This document shows, one piece after another, positions 20,501 to 31,050 of a DNA stretch of 64,000 nucleotides (positions are counted from its first letter, which is position 1; every line of letters begins with the position of its first letter). The stretch covers positions 21,783 through 85,782 of the IMG/VR virus record IMGVR_UViG_3300039379_000022; one strand, 5' to 3'. The notes beneath the pieces are model-generated. The model searched no databases and was not told the DNA's origin. It saw nothing but the letters and a program-made list of their open reading frames with translations. The position numbers were made by a program, and so were the translations under genes. The DNA is from a virus.

Positions 20501-23500
20501 AATAAGAACCATCCGCAGCCTGAGCCACCTTTGTAACAACAAGTTCCCTTTGCTTATTAAGCATGGTATACTTTTGGATATCTCCGGTTTCTTTTACCTC
20601 CATTTGTTTATCGGAAGCCTGCATGAATCCCTCTGGGACCTTAGACTCATGTAATATATAGTTACCAACAGGGATATAATCAAAACGGTGCAATCCATCA
20701 ACCGTATCATAAGATACCATGTTTTTATAGATATCACTGTAGTCATTTCTGTAATTAAACTTATATTCTGAAATATATTTCTGTTTTCCTTCTGAATCAA
20801 AATCGTTGTCATCATAGGTACAAATATGAATGTTTTTTCCTGTATTTGTATGCCAAATCTGATTTGTTGGATTTCCAGATTCTTTATTTGCAGTCATTGT
20901 AATCTTATAAGTAAACGATTCTAATTCAGAGTCCTTATTCCGGTTGTTATATGCATCGATAAAGCCTTCTGGTGCATCAGCTGGAATGTTCCCATTATTA
21001 ATGATTACGGTTGAACCATCTGATACCAACCATTTTTCTCTTTCATCTGTCCCTGATTGTCTGATTGCTAAACGGTCAACTTCCCAAGAAATTGTATCAA
21101 AATTTGGTCCATTTTTTTCTGCAACCAAAGACTCATATACCTTCATGAAGTTTTTATAATCTGAAATATCATCTGTTTCCCATTCTGATATTACATTTCC
21201 ATTCATGTCCTTTAATTGCAGTCCTGCTCTATACATGTTCGGCATCACGACATTATTATTTCCATCGTTATAGTATTTTTCTATTTCAAGTTTTGTATGG
21301 TCATCACTGATTAATACCAGCTGCACATCTCCGGTTTCTCCGATTTCAATTTTTGTGTCCGGTGCCGTTATATATCCATCAGGAGTTACAATTTCAGAAA
21401 TGACATAATTTCCTGCCGGTAATCCTTCGATATATACAGGATTAGATGTATCTACTGTAATATAGCTTCCCATTTTACCATCTTCATGCTTGTTATCATC
21501 AGAAACAAAACCAGTCGCACGAATCCAGTTTTCATAATCGGTATTGTCTTTGTTATCTCCATATATGGCAAGAACCGCATCTGGGACATTTCCAAACGAA
21601 TAACTTCCTTTTGGTTCTGTGATGGTTGTTTTTGTACCGGAAGCATCCTCCTCAAGTTCTCCGTCCTCATACCGGTTAAAGGTATACATATCAGCAGCAT
21701 CAACCTTGGAAATTTCAACCTTGATAGTCTGGTCAATCATTTCAGCAGACTGAACCGTCTCATTTTCCCTAACAAAAATACCAACCGGAAATCCTTTCGT
21801 ATATCCAATCGGAGAAGAAATCTCTTCCATGATATATTTCCCTACTGGGACGCGTTTAATGACATCCACTTTCCCGCCTTTTTGGTCATCAGTACTGGTC
21901 TTAGCCCTATACGGGTCGTTTGATGTATTGTTTGTCTGGTCAACAGTTGCTACTTCCTGTGTATCAAATGGATTATTTGGCGTATTTTCACCTGTCACCC
22001 ATGTATTTTCAATAATATAAGATTCTCCCTGTCTGTAATACAGCTTATTATCAGCCGAATGAATGTCTCCGCTCCCATTCCAGAATTCTCCACCATTTGC
22101 ATTAAACGTGACAGTCATGGTCTTTGTCTGGCCTGTTGCATCCCTATCAGAATACCACTTTGATTTCTGGTCTTCTGTCATGGTTGAACCTATAGCCTTC
22201 CATAAGGCATTCACGGTTCCGCCATCTTTTAGGTTTTTAGGCTCAATCAACCAACCAGCAAACACATAGCCATTTCTTCTAGGTGTAGGGACTGCACTAC
22301 TTCCATTCACTATATAGTTACCATCTATATCAACTGTGACCTTTATTTTTTGTGAACTTGAATATTGATAATGAGTGCTCTGGTCAAAAGGGTCATCCGC
22401 ATCGCCATTGTATAAGTTTTCATGCTCCTTTATCTGATAAGCATTTTCATTGTCGTTATCCAGCTCATCATTATAAGCATATCCGATATAATCGCCGTCA
22501 CGATCAAACAGGTCTCCGCCTTTAACATAAGTTTCATCCGATTTCTGGTAATAAATCGGCAGGCCATTCTTGTCATAGGTTGGGTTCAATTTCTTGGCAA
22601 ATTCAGTCCCTGTAAATGTTCCAGTTGTGTATTCCTGGTCCGTATCTTCATTTATGGATGCAATACGATTGGTCTTAATCTTTTCGAATGTTTCAGAGCC
22701 TGTGCCATCTTTATAAATATTGACTGGCCATGTATAAATTCGTCCATATGTTTTGTAGGATTCTGAACGTATTTTTTCTCCTACACGATTAGGTTCAGCG
22801 GCATCCTTTCGTATTTCATCTTCCAGCATGTCTTCTGTCACATAGGCAATACCCGTTTGAGGATCAACCATAGAGTCACGGTTTCCATCCTCATCCAAAT
22901 GATACATGATTGTGCCATTTCCGACAGTGATTGTTTTACTGATTGCGTTATATTTTATTTCATTATAATTTCCACCTGCAAATTCAAAGATTGGGTCCGT
23001 ATCTCCCTTCCTGAAAGCAAAGATTGTGAAATCATATTCATCCTTTTGCGTTATGTTTACAATATTTCCTTCTTTATCAAAACCGTAGATGGACATATCT
23101 TTATCATAACGGTTTGCTCCAAATACTTTATCAATTTCTTTCGTATTATCGGAGTCCTTTGTATAATACAGATCATTGCTGGTAATATTCAAATCATTTA
23201 AATTGTAGTAAAGAATCGGTGTATTTCCTCGTTCTATGGTCTTAGCTATCCACAAACCTTCTCCGGTATCATTTATTTCATCTTTGGTATCGTAAGATAG
23301 ATCATCAGAATCTTCTCCATTTGACAAGACATACTCCACTTTATTCCCGGCGTATCCCTTTTCTACATATACAGATGTTACATCACCATTTGCGTTCCGT
23401 TCCACAACAACGCCAGGGAAACGGTCATCACCCGTCATCTGCATATCACGATATATTTCTACTGCATCATATAAAGTCATGACAGCTCCGGCAATATATC

Positions 23501-24080
23501 GATTGTAATCATCGGAAGTCTCTATTGTTTTTGTTATATAACCATATCCTTCAAAAATACCATATTCGTTATACTTAATATCAACAGTCTCGTCTGTTTC
23601 ACTTTCCTTAAGTTTTCTTGCTTCCAAATACTCAAGGGTTCCCTTTCTCCATCCATATCCCATATAAGTACCATTTGGAGCATACGCAAGTTCAACATTA
23701 TCAGAACCATATGTCTTTATGATTTCGGATACAGACCCATCGATTCTTCCAGACCATTTATAGGTAACTGTATTGTCAAGTTCTGTATCTATATAACTGT
23801 TGGGTAGAAGTCCTTCATGATCACCAACATTGGTCTTTATTTTTGATATCTCAAGACGAATTGGTGTATTATTGACATATACACGGGCTGTTTCTGTCTT
23901 ATCCTGAGGTTTGTTTCCATTTGGAATGGTTCCATCCGGATTTATTGGATTTGTTGTGATGTTTGTATCGTCAGGTATTGCAAAAGAATTCAATGGCATG
24001 CACGTAACCATTGATGAAATTGCTATAAAATTGGCCATTAAAAACGAGAGCCATCTCTGTTTCATTTTTTTGTATTTCAA
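14520..24080 (-). CDS. giant (3186 aa) cell-surface adhesin with tandem SpaA/CnaB-like prealbumin-fold repeats and C-terminal sorting-signal-like anchor
   Basis: N-terminal signal peptide; >10 consecutive ~100-aa repeats (KDKPTHVEITKTD...LPGA...DEWxS...GYxYAxDIxFTV); C-terminus FSKTG-DDFRIG-hydrophobic-KRRKRHEKK. Confidence 0.8.
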   Translation of the reverse strand: MKYKKMKQRWLSFLMANFIAISSMVTCMPLNSFAIPDDTNITTNPINPDGTIPNGNKPQDKTETARVYVNNTPIRLEISKIKTNVGDHEGLLPNSYIDTELDNTVTYKWSGRIDGSVSEIIKTYGSDNVELAYAPNGTYMGYGWRKGTLEYLEARKLKESETDETVDIKYNEYGIFEGYGYITKTIETSDDYNRYIAGAVMTLYDAVEIYRDMQMTGDDRFPGVVVERNANGDVTSVYVEKGYAGNKVEYVLSNGEDSDDLSYDTKDEINDTGEGLWIAKTIERGNTPILYYNLNDLNITSNDLYYTKDSDNTKEIDKVFGANRYDKDMSIYGFDKEGNIVNITQKDEYDFTIFAFRKGDTDPIFEFAGGNYNEIKYNAISKTITVGNGTIMYHLDEDGNRDSMVDPQTGIAYVTEDMLEDEIRKDAAEPNRVGEKIRSESYKTYGRIYTWPVNIYKDGTGSETFEKIKTNRIASINEDTDQEYTTGTFTGTEFAKKLNPTYDKNGLPIYYQKSDETYVKGGDLFDRDGDYIGYAYNDELDNDNENAYQIKEHENLYNGDADDPFDQSTHYQYSSSQKIKVTVDIDGNYIVNGSSAVPTPRRNGYVFAGWLIEPKNLKDGGTVNALWKAIGSTMTEDQKSKWYSDRDATGQTKTMTVTFNANGGEFWNGSGDIHSADNKLYYRQGESYIIENTWVTGENTPNNPFDTQEVATVDQTNNTSNDPYRAKTSTDDQKGGKVDVIKRVPVGKYIMEEISSPIGYTKGFPVGIFVRENETVQSAEMIDQTIKVEISKVDAADMYTFNRYEDGELEEDASGTKTTITEPKGSYSFGNVPDAVLAIYGDNKDNTDYENWIRATGFVSDDNKHEDGKMGSYITVDTSNPVYIEGLPAGNYVISEIVTPDGYITAPDTKIEIGETGDVQLVLISDDHTKLEIEKYYNDGNNNVVMPNMYRAGLQLKDMNGNVISEWETDDISDYKNFMKVYESLVAEKNGPNFDTISWEVDRLAIRQSGTDEREKWLVSDGSTVIINNGNIPADAPEGFIDAYNNRNKDSELESFTYKITMTANKESGNPTNQIWHTNTGKNIHICTYDDNDFDSEGKQKYISEYKFNYRNDYSDIYKNMVSYDTVDGLHRFDYIPVGNYILHESKVPEGFMQASDKQMEVKETGDIQKYTMLNKQRELVVTKVAQAADGSYYAGIRNNEISMSNSGIEIKGAELKLYRTDRFDEAYKEAFRNGTVPGSATLVTSWISGSDGVFTKEDEQKERIPKGYKVGDYKPHTIKDLEDGYYYLVETKTPDYYRTTEPIEVEVNNQKSELNVINKIMPGKVTVHKNNENGKGLAGASFIVKNKSTGTIAGYIITDNGGNGTLIIDEIGKIGKDGIVEPYTFTIEEPNPPAGYQINSEVHEFTFRGSDHYDYAISNNPDDAAHVNGVITITDKETAITISKSDFDTHFGVSGATLAIYKAENTDGEWKPMGEAIDTWTTTSGNNTHVINGLIGSANYVLSEIDVPDGYVKADDIFFRIASDGRSISRIWSDPKDNAYIEFVADNTGAVEKVNFSTRTFTGAKTVLTDLTDSTVKEYGTATNGFTLTENEITDGRTYRLDEIIKYTDSTETIIRSTTFIARLDDGLLKIYPKSAAAVEELITNKDGSIIAKWITDGNVYSIANPLNTDNQSLTVINTQQGNRIPGQDHEAVAGGQQVIYTINYDGKGKEVVLMPDSQTDIIRTEPEAEKSEDGKYHWTTTEEEGTIKFIATVKDSASGKINQKVLIDDRTYSYMNPVAVNEGTGMLKNTSKIALYNNVIGNNPTNELASFTYRITLTDMNGNPLSGSYNYRTKNENNGTHSFDAYGTEKTFDVTLTGSDYLIISDLPYNTKYSVRLLVTDDFKFAVQSGTVNDYGNPINLPDGTTKKESISNVYFANTRNLDNERTIFQRNESYEVTERVIMNDGTMFSLSQSGFTLGENCEVKSFDMKNRKYPVIISKQYITGNKELPGATLQVLDMDGNLLEEWISGEKEHTLTTTLTPGESYILREFNPPEGYTYAEDIVFTVNPDGTINRVIMYDTYTRVYIDKVDEHGTSIPDAKLQIVDSNGEIVDEWISNGSKHEITNKLKADETYTLREVIAPDGFAYAEDQSFTVPKDDILIVIMQDNETQVKITKKSTELNEDGTNVTLNGSILQILDKDKKPVIAIKDTTNFKQGDILRFESNETVDITGLLNADESYYLHEVKPVDGYAFAEDVLFTVNRDNTITSVEMTDKPIIMTITKTNITGDVELSGAEMEIKDENGAIIDKWISDENNPHIIEKKLVAGKTYVLTEKVSPNGYSYVSNVTFKVENDGSITINGKEIENNHLLVKDKPTHVVISKVDITNQKELEGAHLRIEDMQGNIIDEWISEKTPHVIKGILIASTPDRDGDGIWDEVSKYKLIETYPADGYAYANEIEFTVSPDGTIDKVKMEDKLTHVEITKTDITTGEELPGARLQIIDKSDAENPIIVDEWISGTTPHIIKGKLIAGKTYVLHEEITPDGYTFAEDIEFTVSKDGSIDKVTMEDKPTHVEVSKKDITNDEELPGAHIQIIDKEGNVVEEWTSTDKPHVIIGKLVAGEEYSMHEEGAPDGYGYSIDIKFTVSKDGSVDKVEMKDKPTHVEITKSDMTTGKELPGAKLELIDESGNIIERWTSTEKPHVIIAKLIAGKSYTLKETYAPDGYAYSEEVKFTVSRDGSIDKVEMKDKPTHVEITKTDITTGEELPGAHIQIIDKNGAIVEEWTSTDKPHVIVGKLVAGEEYTLHEEGAPDGYGYTVDIKFTVSTDGDIDKVEMKDDTLKITIIKWKNKKHDITETSQMLGKAKMRIIDSNGKTVDEWETKDGEVHEIVSKFPSTGIFINPDEVYTVQEVSAPEGWTKANDQTFSPNRDGSVKMVHVIDHKKDKPWTPDEKPEPLKPTITIRKTDAMDLSAGVAGAEYTIYDSNGNVYRTIVTGENGEVTFPKPNNGTYTYKETKAPEGYMIDKNVYSFTISDEKITGTLNISDYKKQEIEIVKKDANTFALLPGTGIEIYDSQGNLVAKGETGLDGIFPFIPEYDDIYTAIEVKAPEGYTLEGKVYIKFTIKNGKITGETTMYNTKDGEKIGRIDASYDHGPSGRGYAWIDENGILHFSKTGDDFRIGLVVFGWLIVAFGLIVLLKRRKRHEKK
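15200..18100 (-). repeat. tandem ~300-bp coding repeats (Ig-fold domain array) inside adhesin gene
   Basis: protein-level periodicity, MKDKPTHVEITK boundary recurring ~10 times; DNA copies diverged but related. Confidence 0.6.
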
Positions 24081-24234
24081 GTTTTTGGTCCTCCTTGTAA
24101 ATCAAAGATTTTGATATCGTATCTAAATAAATAATGTAAGAAGTTCCTGATTCTGGACTTTTAAATTTCATATAAAGTAGATTGGCATTCATACTATTAT
24201 TAAAATTAAATTTTGAAAGGAATAATAAATATAT

Positions 24235-25500
24235 ATGAATTTGATTTACTTGTTTAAAAATAAGTTTTTCAAAAAACAAATCAATCTCACTCCAGAGTTT
24301 GAGATATCAACCTGGCAGAAAGAACAGGTAATGCTGGGCAAACTATCCGGTATTGACACTACTGTTTATGATTACCCTGACCTAAGCCCTACTTTAATGA
24401 AAATAGCCCGTGAAAACTTAGAATGTGGAGCTGCGCCATCTGTTATATCAAAAGTCATAACCAGTTATTTAAATAAAGATATCAATGAAGATCAATTTGA
24501 GGAATTATGCAGCAACAGCATTTATGTTATTGATATGGCTTACTTACAGAAAAAGTTTCAAGTTATCGGTTCACCAGATGAAGAGAAAAAAAGTTTCAAG
24601 TATCCTGCTGCTTTCTATGGTGCATTATTTGGCGATATCGCAGGTAGTGCATATGAATTTGGATTTACAATTGAGCAAAGGAAAAATTTGAATTACCAGA
24701 CCTGTATTAAAACTGGCAGCTGCCCAACAGATGATACTATCCTGTCTTGTGCTACAGCAGCATGCTTAAAAGAGAAAATCCTTATTCAGGATAGAAATTT
24801 TGAATTAAGGGATTATAGTAAACATAGTAACTATCCATTTGAAGAGAACCCATTTACACAGAAATATAAGGATTATGCAAGAATGCCATTTACAGGAGCT
24901 TCTTATGGAGGAGCTTTTTATTCTTGGGTTTACTCTGATTTTTTAACACCATATGGAAGTTTTGGAAATGGATCGGCAATGAGAATTTCTCCTATTCCTG
25001 ACTACTTCGATTGCTTAGATGATGTAATATTGTATTCAATTGCCAGTGCTGCTGCAACGCATAACCATTATGAAGGAATTGCAGGTGCTGTAATAACGGC
25101 GGTTTCCATCTGGATGGCAAAGAATGGATATTCAAAGGAACAGATTTTTAGATATATTGTAAAGTTTTATACACCGGGCCGTACTGATTTATATATTTCT
25201 CATGGTGTAGCTTTAAAAGATTTTACGATGGAGGAGTTGAAATATAGTATTGGACCTACAGTTTGCCCTTTTTCTGTTCCAGCAGCAGCCATATGTTTTT
25301 ACTATGCCGATAGTTATGAGGGAGTTATTGATAATGTACTATCTTTTGATGGTGATTCTGATACAATAGGAGCAATTGCTGGAAGCATTGCTGGTGCATA
25401 TTATGGAGTTCCTGAATATGCCAGAGGAGTTGTGGATCAAAGAAAACCCAAAGATATATTGGATGAGGCTCTAAATATATTGGATAATCATCACCATTAA
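24235..25500 (+). CDS. ADP-ribosylglycohydrolase-family protein with ~115-aa N-terminal extension
   Basis: ARH motifs YGALFGDIAGSAYEF and GDSDTIGAIAGSIAGAYYG; divergent from the adhesin gene. Confidence 0.65.
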   Translation: MNLIYLFKNKFFKKQINLTPEFEISTWQKEQVMLGKLSGIDTTVYDYPDLSPTLMKIARENLECGAAPSVISKVITSYLNKDINEDQFEELCSNSIYVIDMAYLQKKFQVIGSPDEEKKSFKYPAAFYGALFGDIAGSAYEFGFTIEQRKNLNYQTCIKTGSCPTDDTILSCATAACLKEKILIQDRNFELRDYSKHSNYPFEENPFTQKYKDYARMPFTGASYGGAFYSWVYSDFLTPYGSFGNGSAMRISPIPDYFDCLDDVILYSIASAAATHNHYEGIAGAVITAVSIWMAKNGYSKEQIFRYIVKFYTPGRTDLYISHGVALKDFTMEELKYSIGPTVCPFSVPAAAICFYYADSYEGVIDNVLSFDGDSDTIGAIAGSIAGAYYGVPEYARGVVDQRKPKDILDEALNILDNHHH

Positions 25501-25528
25501 AAAAGAGCCTTATTGGCTCTTTTTATGA
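25500..25528. terminator. bidirectional intrinsic terminator
   Basis: agagcc-ttatt-ggctct hairpin with A/T flanks. Confidence 0.65.
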
Positions 25529-25537
25529 TTTATGAAA

Positions 25538-25810
25538 TTAATAGCCTTCTTTGATACATTTTTCAATATTTTCTTTTTTACTCCAATATTCGATTGTTTC
25601 CTGGCCCACATATTCGTCTGCTCTTTTTTCGGTTACTCTAATATCCATAATCGGTCTTTTGTACTTTATGAGCATCTCTTTTACAAAATCCAATATTTCA
25701 TTTTTATTTTCATCTGTCACAAAGAAATCAAATCCAAGAATATAAGGGCCTCCACAACGATAATCGACTGGATCATTTTTTTCACAATCCACAATAATAT
25801 TATATATCAT
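25538..25810 (-). CDS. hypothetical small protein
   Basis: 90-aa ORF. Confidence 0.35.
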   Translation of the reverse strand: MIYNIIVDCEKNDPVDYRCGGPYILGFDFFVTDENKNEILDFVKEMLIKYKRPIMDIRVTEKRADEYVGQETIEYWSKKENIEKCIKEGY

Positions 25811-26037
25811 CTCTTCCGCTCCATTTCCATTTTAGCTCTCTGGCCATTGATTTTTATGTTTTCGTTTTCTTGAATACACTTTTTCTGTTTTCATTGTTCT
25901 TGTTCCTGTATTCATCGGTGTTATCACCCGATTTTTCTTACAGAATTCTTTATATGCCTTATATCCATATTGCTTAATATATAAATCCTTATTGATATCC
26001 ATATCCATCTACTCCTTATCCACTTAAGAATTTGATT

Positions 26038-26286
26038 TTACCACATTCCAGGTATTCGATTGATAAATGGAGCCATCATTTTGGCCCATGAATACATGGC
26101 GGCTTCGAATTCTCTTGCCTTTGCTTCTTTCTTCTTTTGTTTTAAAGATTCGTATTCTTCTTTTTCTTCCATCGTAAGACTGTCATACCACTCACAAAAC
26201 ATTTTTTTCTTATACAAGTTGATATAATTAATGTAAGGTCTTACCCTGAACTGACTGAACCATTTATATAACGCCCACCAAGCCAT
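26038..26286 (-). CDS. hypothetical small protein
   Basis: 82-aa ORF, Trp-rich ends. Confidence 0.35.
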   Translation of the reverse strand: MAWWALYKWFSQFRVRPYINYINLYKKKMFCEWYDSLTMEEKEEYESLKQKKKEAKAREFEAAMYSWAKMMAPFINRIPGMW

Positions 26287-26327
26287 TTAAATCCTCCCTA
26301 TCATTCTCCATTTTTTTAATATACTTA

Positions 26328-27656
26328 TTATGATTTATTTTTAATCTTGTTGACATATTCATTAATTACTTTCTCATATCCATTATTGCAAGATTCATAA
26401 AATCTCATTCCGTTTAAGCTATCAGGGAGGTATTGCTGTTCCACATAGTTGTTCTTGTAATCATGAGGATACTTATATCCTATTCCGCTTCCAAGTGCAG
26501 AGGCACCACTGTAATGGGCATCTTTCAGATGCCCTGGTATTGGATAATTCTTACCAGATGCTGCAACCTGCAACGCACTATCAATTGCATTGATTGCAGA
26601 ATTGCTTTTAGGAGCTGTGGCAATGTATAAAACAGCCTGTGACAAAATAATCCTTGCTTCTGGCATCCCTATACGTTCTACCGCCAATGACGCATTGGTT
26701 GCAACAACTAATGCCATAGGATCTGCATTTCCGACATCCTCAGAAGCACATATCATAATTCGCCTTGCAATGAACTTGACGTCTTCTCCGGCCTGTAACA
26801 TTTTTGCAAGATAATAGACTGCAGCATCCGGATCTGAACCACGCATACTTTTAATAAATGCTGAAATTGTATTATAATGATTGTCTCCGCCTTTATCATA
26901 ATTGGCAACACGTTTCTGGATGCACTCCTTTGAAATTTCCAAAGTGATATGGATTGTTCCATCCTCGCACTTATCGGTTGTAAGTATCCCGATTTCCAAA
27001 GCATTCAAAGCAGCACGTGCATCTCCACCTGCTATTTCAGCCATGAATTCGACTGCATCATCATCAATTACAACGTGACAATCACCAAATCCCTTTTCCT
27101 TATCTGTCACTGCACGTTTTAGCAAATCTTTGATATCATCCGTTCCAAGTGGTTTTAATTCAAATATGCGTGATCTTGACAACAATGCTTTATTCACTTC
27201 AAAGAATGGATTTTCAGTAGTCGCTCCAATTAAAGTAATTGTTCCTTTCTCCACAAAAGGTAACAAGAAATCCTGCTGGCTTTTATTAAAACGATGTATT
27301 TCATCTATAAATAGGATTGTCTTTTTTCCATACATTCCATATTGGTTCTTTGCCTCATTTATGACCTCTTCCATATCCTTCTTTCCGGCAATGGTCGCAT
27401 TTAATTCTTTAAAATTTGAGCTTGTTGTATTTGCAATCACTTTTGCCAACGTAGTCTTTCCGGTTCCTGGTGGGCCATAAAATATAATGGAGCCTAATTT
27501 ATCTGCCATGATTGCACGATATAGTAGTTTTCCTTTCCCAATAATATGTTTTTGGCCAACAACCTCATCCAATGTGTTTGGCCGCATGCGTGATGCTAAA
27601 GGCTCATCATATTTCTTTTCTTCCTCTGTTTTCTTATAATATTCAAATATATCCAT
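26328..27656 (-). CDS. rarA: replication-associated recombination protein A (MgsA/RarA AAA+ ATPase)
   Basis: Walker [12 protein letters not shown]; RarA-specific N-terminal region; full length 442 aa. Confidence 0.85.
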   Translation of the reverse strand: MDIFEYYKKTEEEKKYDEPLASRMRPNTLDEVVGQKHIIGKGKLLYRAIMADKLGSIIFYGPPGTGKTTLAKVIANTTSSNFKELNATIAGKKDMEEVINEAKNQYGMYGKKTILFIDEIHRFNKSQQDFLLPFVEKGTITLIGATTENPFFEVNKALLSRSRIFELKPLGTDDIKDLLKRAVTDKEKGFGDCHVVIDDDAVEFMAEIAGGDARAALNALEIGILTTDKCEDGTIHITLEISKECIQKRVANYDKGGDNHYNTISAFIKSMRGSDPDAAVYYLAKMLQAGEDVKFIARRIMICASEDVGNADPMALVVATNASLAVERIGMPEARIILSQAVLYIATAPKSNSAINAIDSALQVAASGKNYPIPGHLKDAHYSGASALGSGIGYKYPHDYKNNYVEQQYLPDSLNGMRFYESCNNGYEKVINEYVNKIKNKS

Positions 27657-27907
27657 TTATAATCCTCTCTTTATCTCTTTTCTATAAGTATGTTTGTAAA
27701 GCAAAAAAACAAACATATACTACTGATATGATTGGACCTAAAGATTATCTGAATGATTTTTTTTTTTTGACTATGAACACTGCAAGTAGGTCCTATATGC
27801 AATTAATCAATTAAAAGAAAGGTGGAAAGATGAATTTCCAATGTGTCGTTAATGAAACGAATCATAAATGTAATCTATCATATTACCCATAAGGGAAGGA
27901 AAAAGGG

Positions 27908-27934
27908 AAGTTAAAAAGAGCCTTCGGGCTCTTT
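27908..27934 (-). terminator. intrinsic terminator
   Basis: aagagcc-ttcg-ggctctt hairpin plus T-run. Confidence 0.6.
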
Positions 27935-27935
27935 T

Positions 27936-28250
27936 TTATATATCATCATTATATGATTCTTCCAATTCCTTCTTTAACTCATTTCTGTAATAATCATGTA
28001 TTGACATATGCCCATATCGTTCCTCTTCAATATCAACCCATGATTTACTCGAAAGCCTGATGGTTCCTATACCATTTGTTGTGAATGATGCGCCAATAAC
28101 ATATGGATAATAAGGGATACAGTCTTTCCTGCTTTTAAGAACTAATGGTTCATCATCTGACCCAACATATATGTTTGATTTTAATACATTATCAAGTCCA
28201 AATATTTCAATATGGTCAAAAAAATCACATTTTCCACTAAATTTACTCAT
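27936..28250 (-). CDS. hypothetical protein
   Basis: 104-aa ORF. Confidence 0.35.
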   Translation of the reverse strand: MSKFSGKCDFFDHIEIFGLDNVLKSNIYVGSDDEPLVLKSRKDCIPYYPYVIGASFTTNGIGTIRLSSKSWVDIEEERYGHMSIHDYYRNELKKELEESYNDDI

Positions 28251-28280
28251 TTAATTTTCCTTTCTATCTTGTTTTAAAGA

Positions 28281-28645
28281 TTATGTAGTCCAATTACTTA
28301 GTAGTCTTTTAATCCTAAATAACTGTTTTTTCTTTGCTATATATTTTAAATATTCCGCAATATCGTTGTGGTTATATTTCTCTGCATATAATAAAGCATC
28401 ATCATTTGATGCCTGAATGTCTGCACCATAACGAACCAGAAGTTTTCAGCACCACTTTCAACTAACAATCTGACTGATTCATAAAGCCCTTTTCCTGCAG
28501 CTTTCCGCAATGGATATCCGTCTGCATTATTTACATCAGTTCCACTTTCAATAAGATATTGGATCAGGCAATTGTAACCTGCATCCACAGCCACCCTTAA
28601 ATAATAGGAACAATTGTTTTTAAGGTCTATCCCATTTTCCGTCAT
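28281..28645 (-). pseudogene. ankyrin-repeat protein gene with disrupted reading frame
   Basis: ankyrin consensus (GYPLRKAAGKGLYESVRLLVESGA) in one frame continues (GADIQASNDDALLYAEKYNHNDIAEYLKYI) in another; insertion-like segment near 28420-28450. Confidence 0.45.
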
Positions 28646-28994
28646 CCACTCTAATATCTCACATCGATGCCTTCCAAAGAAGTATTAGAAGCAAAATTGC
28701 ATTTAGCAATTCAGAGGGTAAAAATATAATTAGAGCAAAGACGGGAATAAAAGTCGCTACACGTAGCAACTTTTGGTACTTTCGCAATATGTTGTCCTTC
28801 ATTTAAATGGTATGGAACAGTCTGTTCATCATAAAACGTTATACTTCCATATCCGGATGTTAGGACTCCATCATTCAGAAATGCCGGTTTACTATTAATA
28901 AGAATCTGATTTTTTCTTTTTGTATCTGTAAAACTATAAAATTCATAATCTCTCCTCTTCGCTGATATATATAGTATGTAGAGATTTAATATCG

Positions 28995-29037
28995 TAAAAA
29001 GAGCTGGATTGTGCTCCAGCTCCTTTTGAAGATTCTA
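28995..29037 (-). terminator. intrinsic terminator downstream of dnaK
   Basis: gagctgga-ttgtgc-tccagctc hairpin plus T5 on the minus strand. Confidence 0.6.
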
Positions 29038-29042
29038 TGTAT

Positions 29043-30891
<1,849 letters not shown>

Positions 30892-30907
30892 CTATTCCTC
30901 CTTTGTT

Positions 30908-30934
30908 TTAGCACTCAAGCTTCAAGAGTGCTAG
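30908..30934. promoter_or_regulatory. CIRCE element (HrcA operator) upstream of dnaK
   Basis: TTAGCACTC-aagcttcaa-GAGTGCTAG, perfect 9-N9-9 inverted repeat 20 nt upstream of the dnaK start; RBS aaaggagg follows. Confidence 0.85.
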
Positions 30935-30970
30935 CCTAAAATTATTATGACAGTTTTTAATAAAAAGTAC

Positions 30971-31001
30971 AAAAAAAGACAGATGTAATATCTGTCTTTT
31001 C
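30971..31001 (-). terminator. intrinsic terminator
   Basis: agacagat-gtaat-atctgtct plus T7 on the minus strand, 3' of the 31051..31287 gene. Confidence 0.6.
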
Positions 31002-31050
31002 GGTCTATTATCATAAGGTTGTCTATGCGCTACTACATTATTTTCTTGAT

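Noticed and set aside
14509-23201. Dozens of 60-170-aa plus-strand ORFs in the six-frame track inside the two giant minus-strand genes (also 56163-62216)
   Set aside because: These are shadow ORFs opposite long, well-supported coding frames, with no RBS, and their composition mirrors the coding strand.
14520-24080. Periodic DNA repeats that could be mistaken for a CRISPR array or minisatellite
   Set aside because: The repeats are ~300 bp, lie inside one continuous 3186-codon ORF and correspond to protein domain repeats. There are no short identical repeats separated by unique spacers.
25480-25500. C-terminal HHH of the ADP-ribosylglycohydrolase looking like a His-tag remnant
   Set aside because: Only three His residues and native flanking sequence, with no vector-like sequence; likely natural.
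27820-27900. 20-codon ORF (MNFQCVVNETNHKCNLSYYP) with an aaaggtgg RBS in the rarA upstream region
   Set aside because: Too short, no conservation evidence and AT-rich context; could be a leader peptide but is unsupported.
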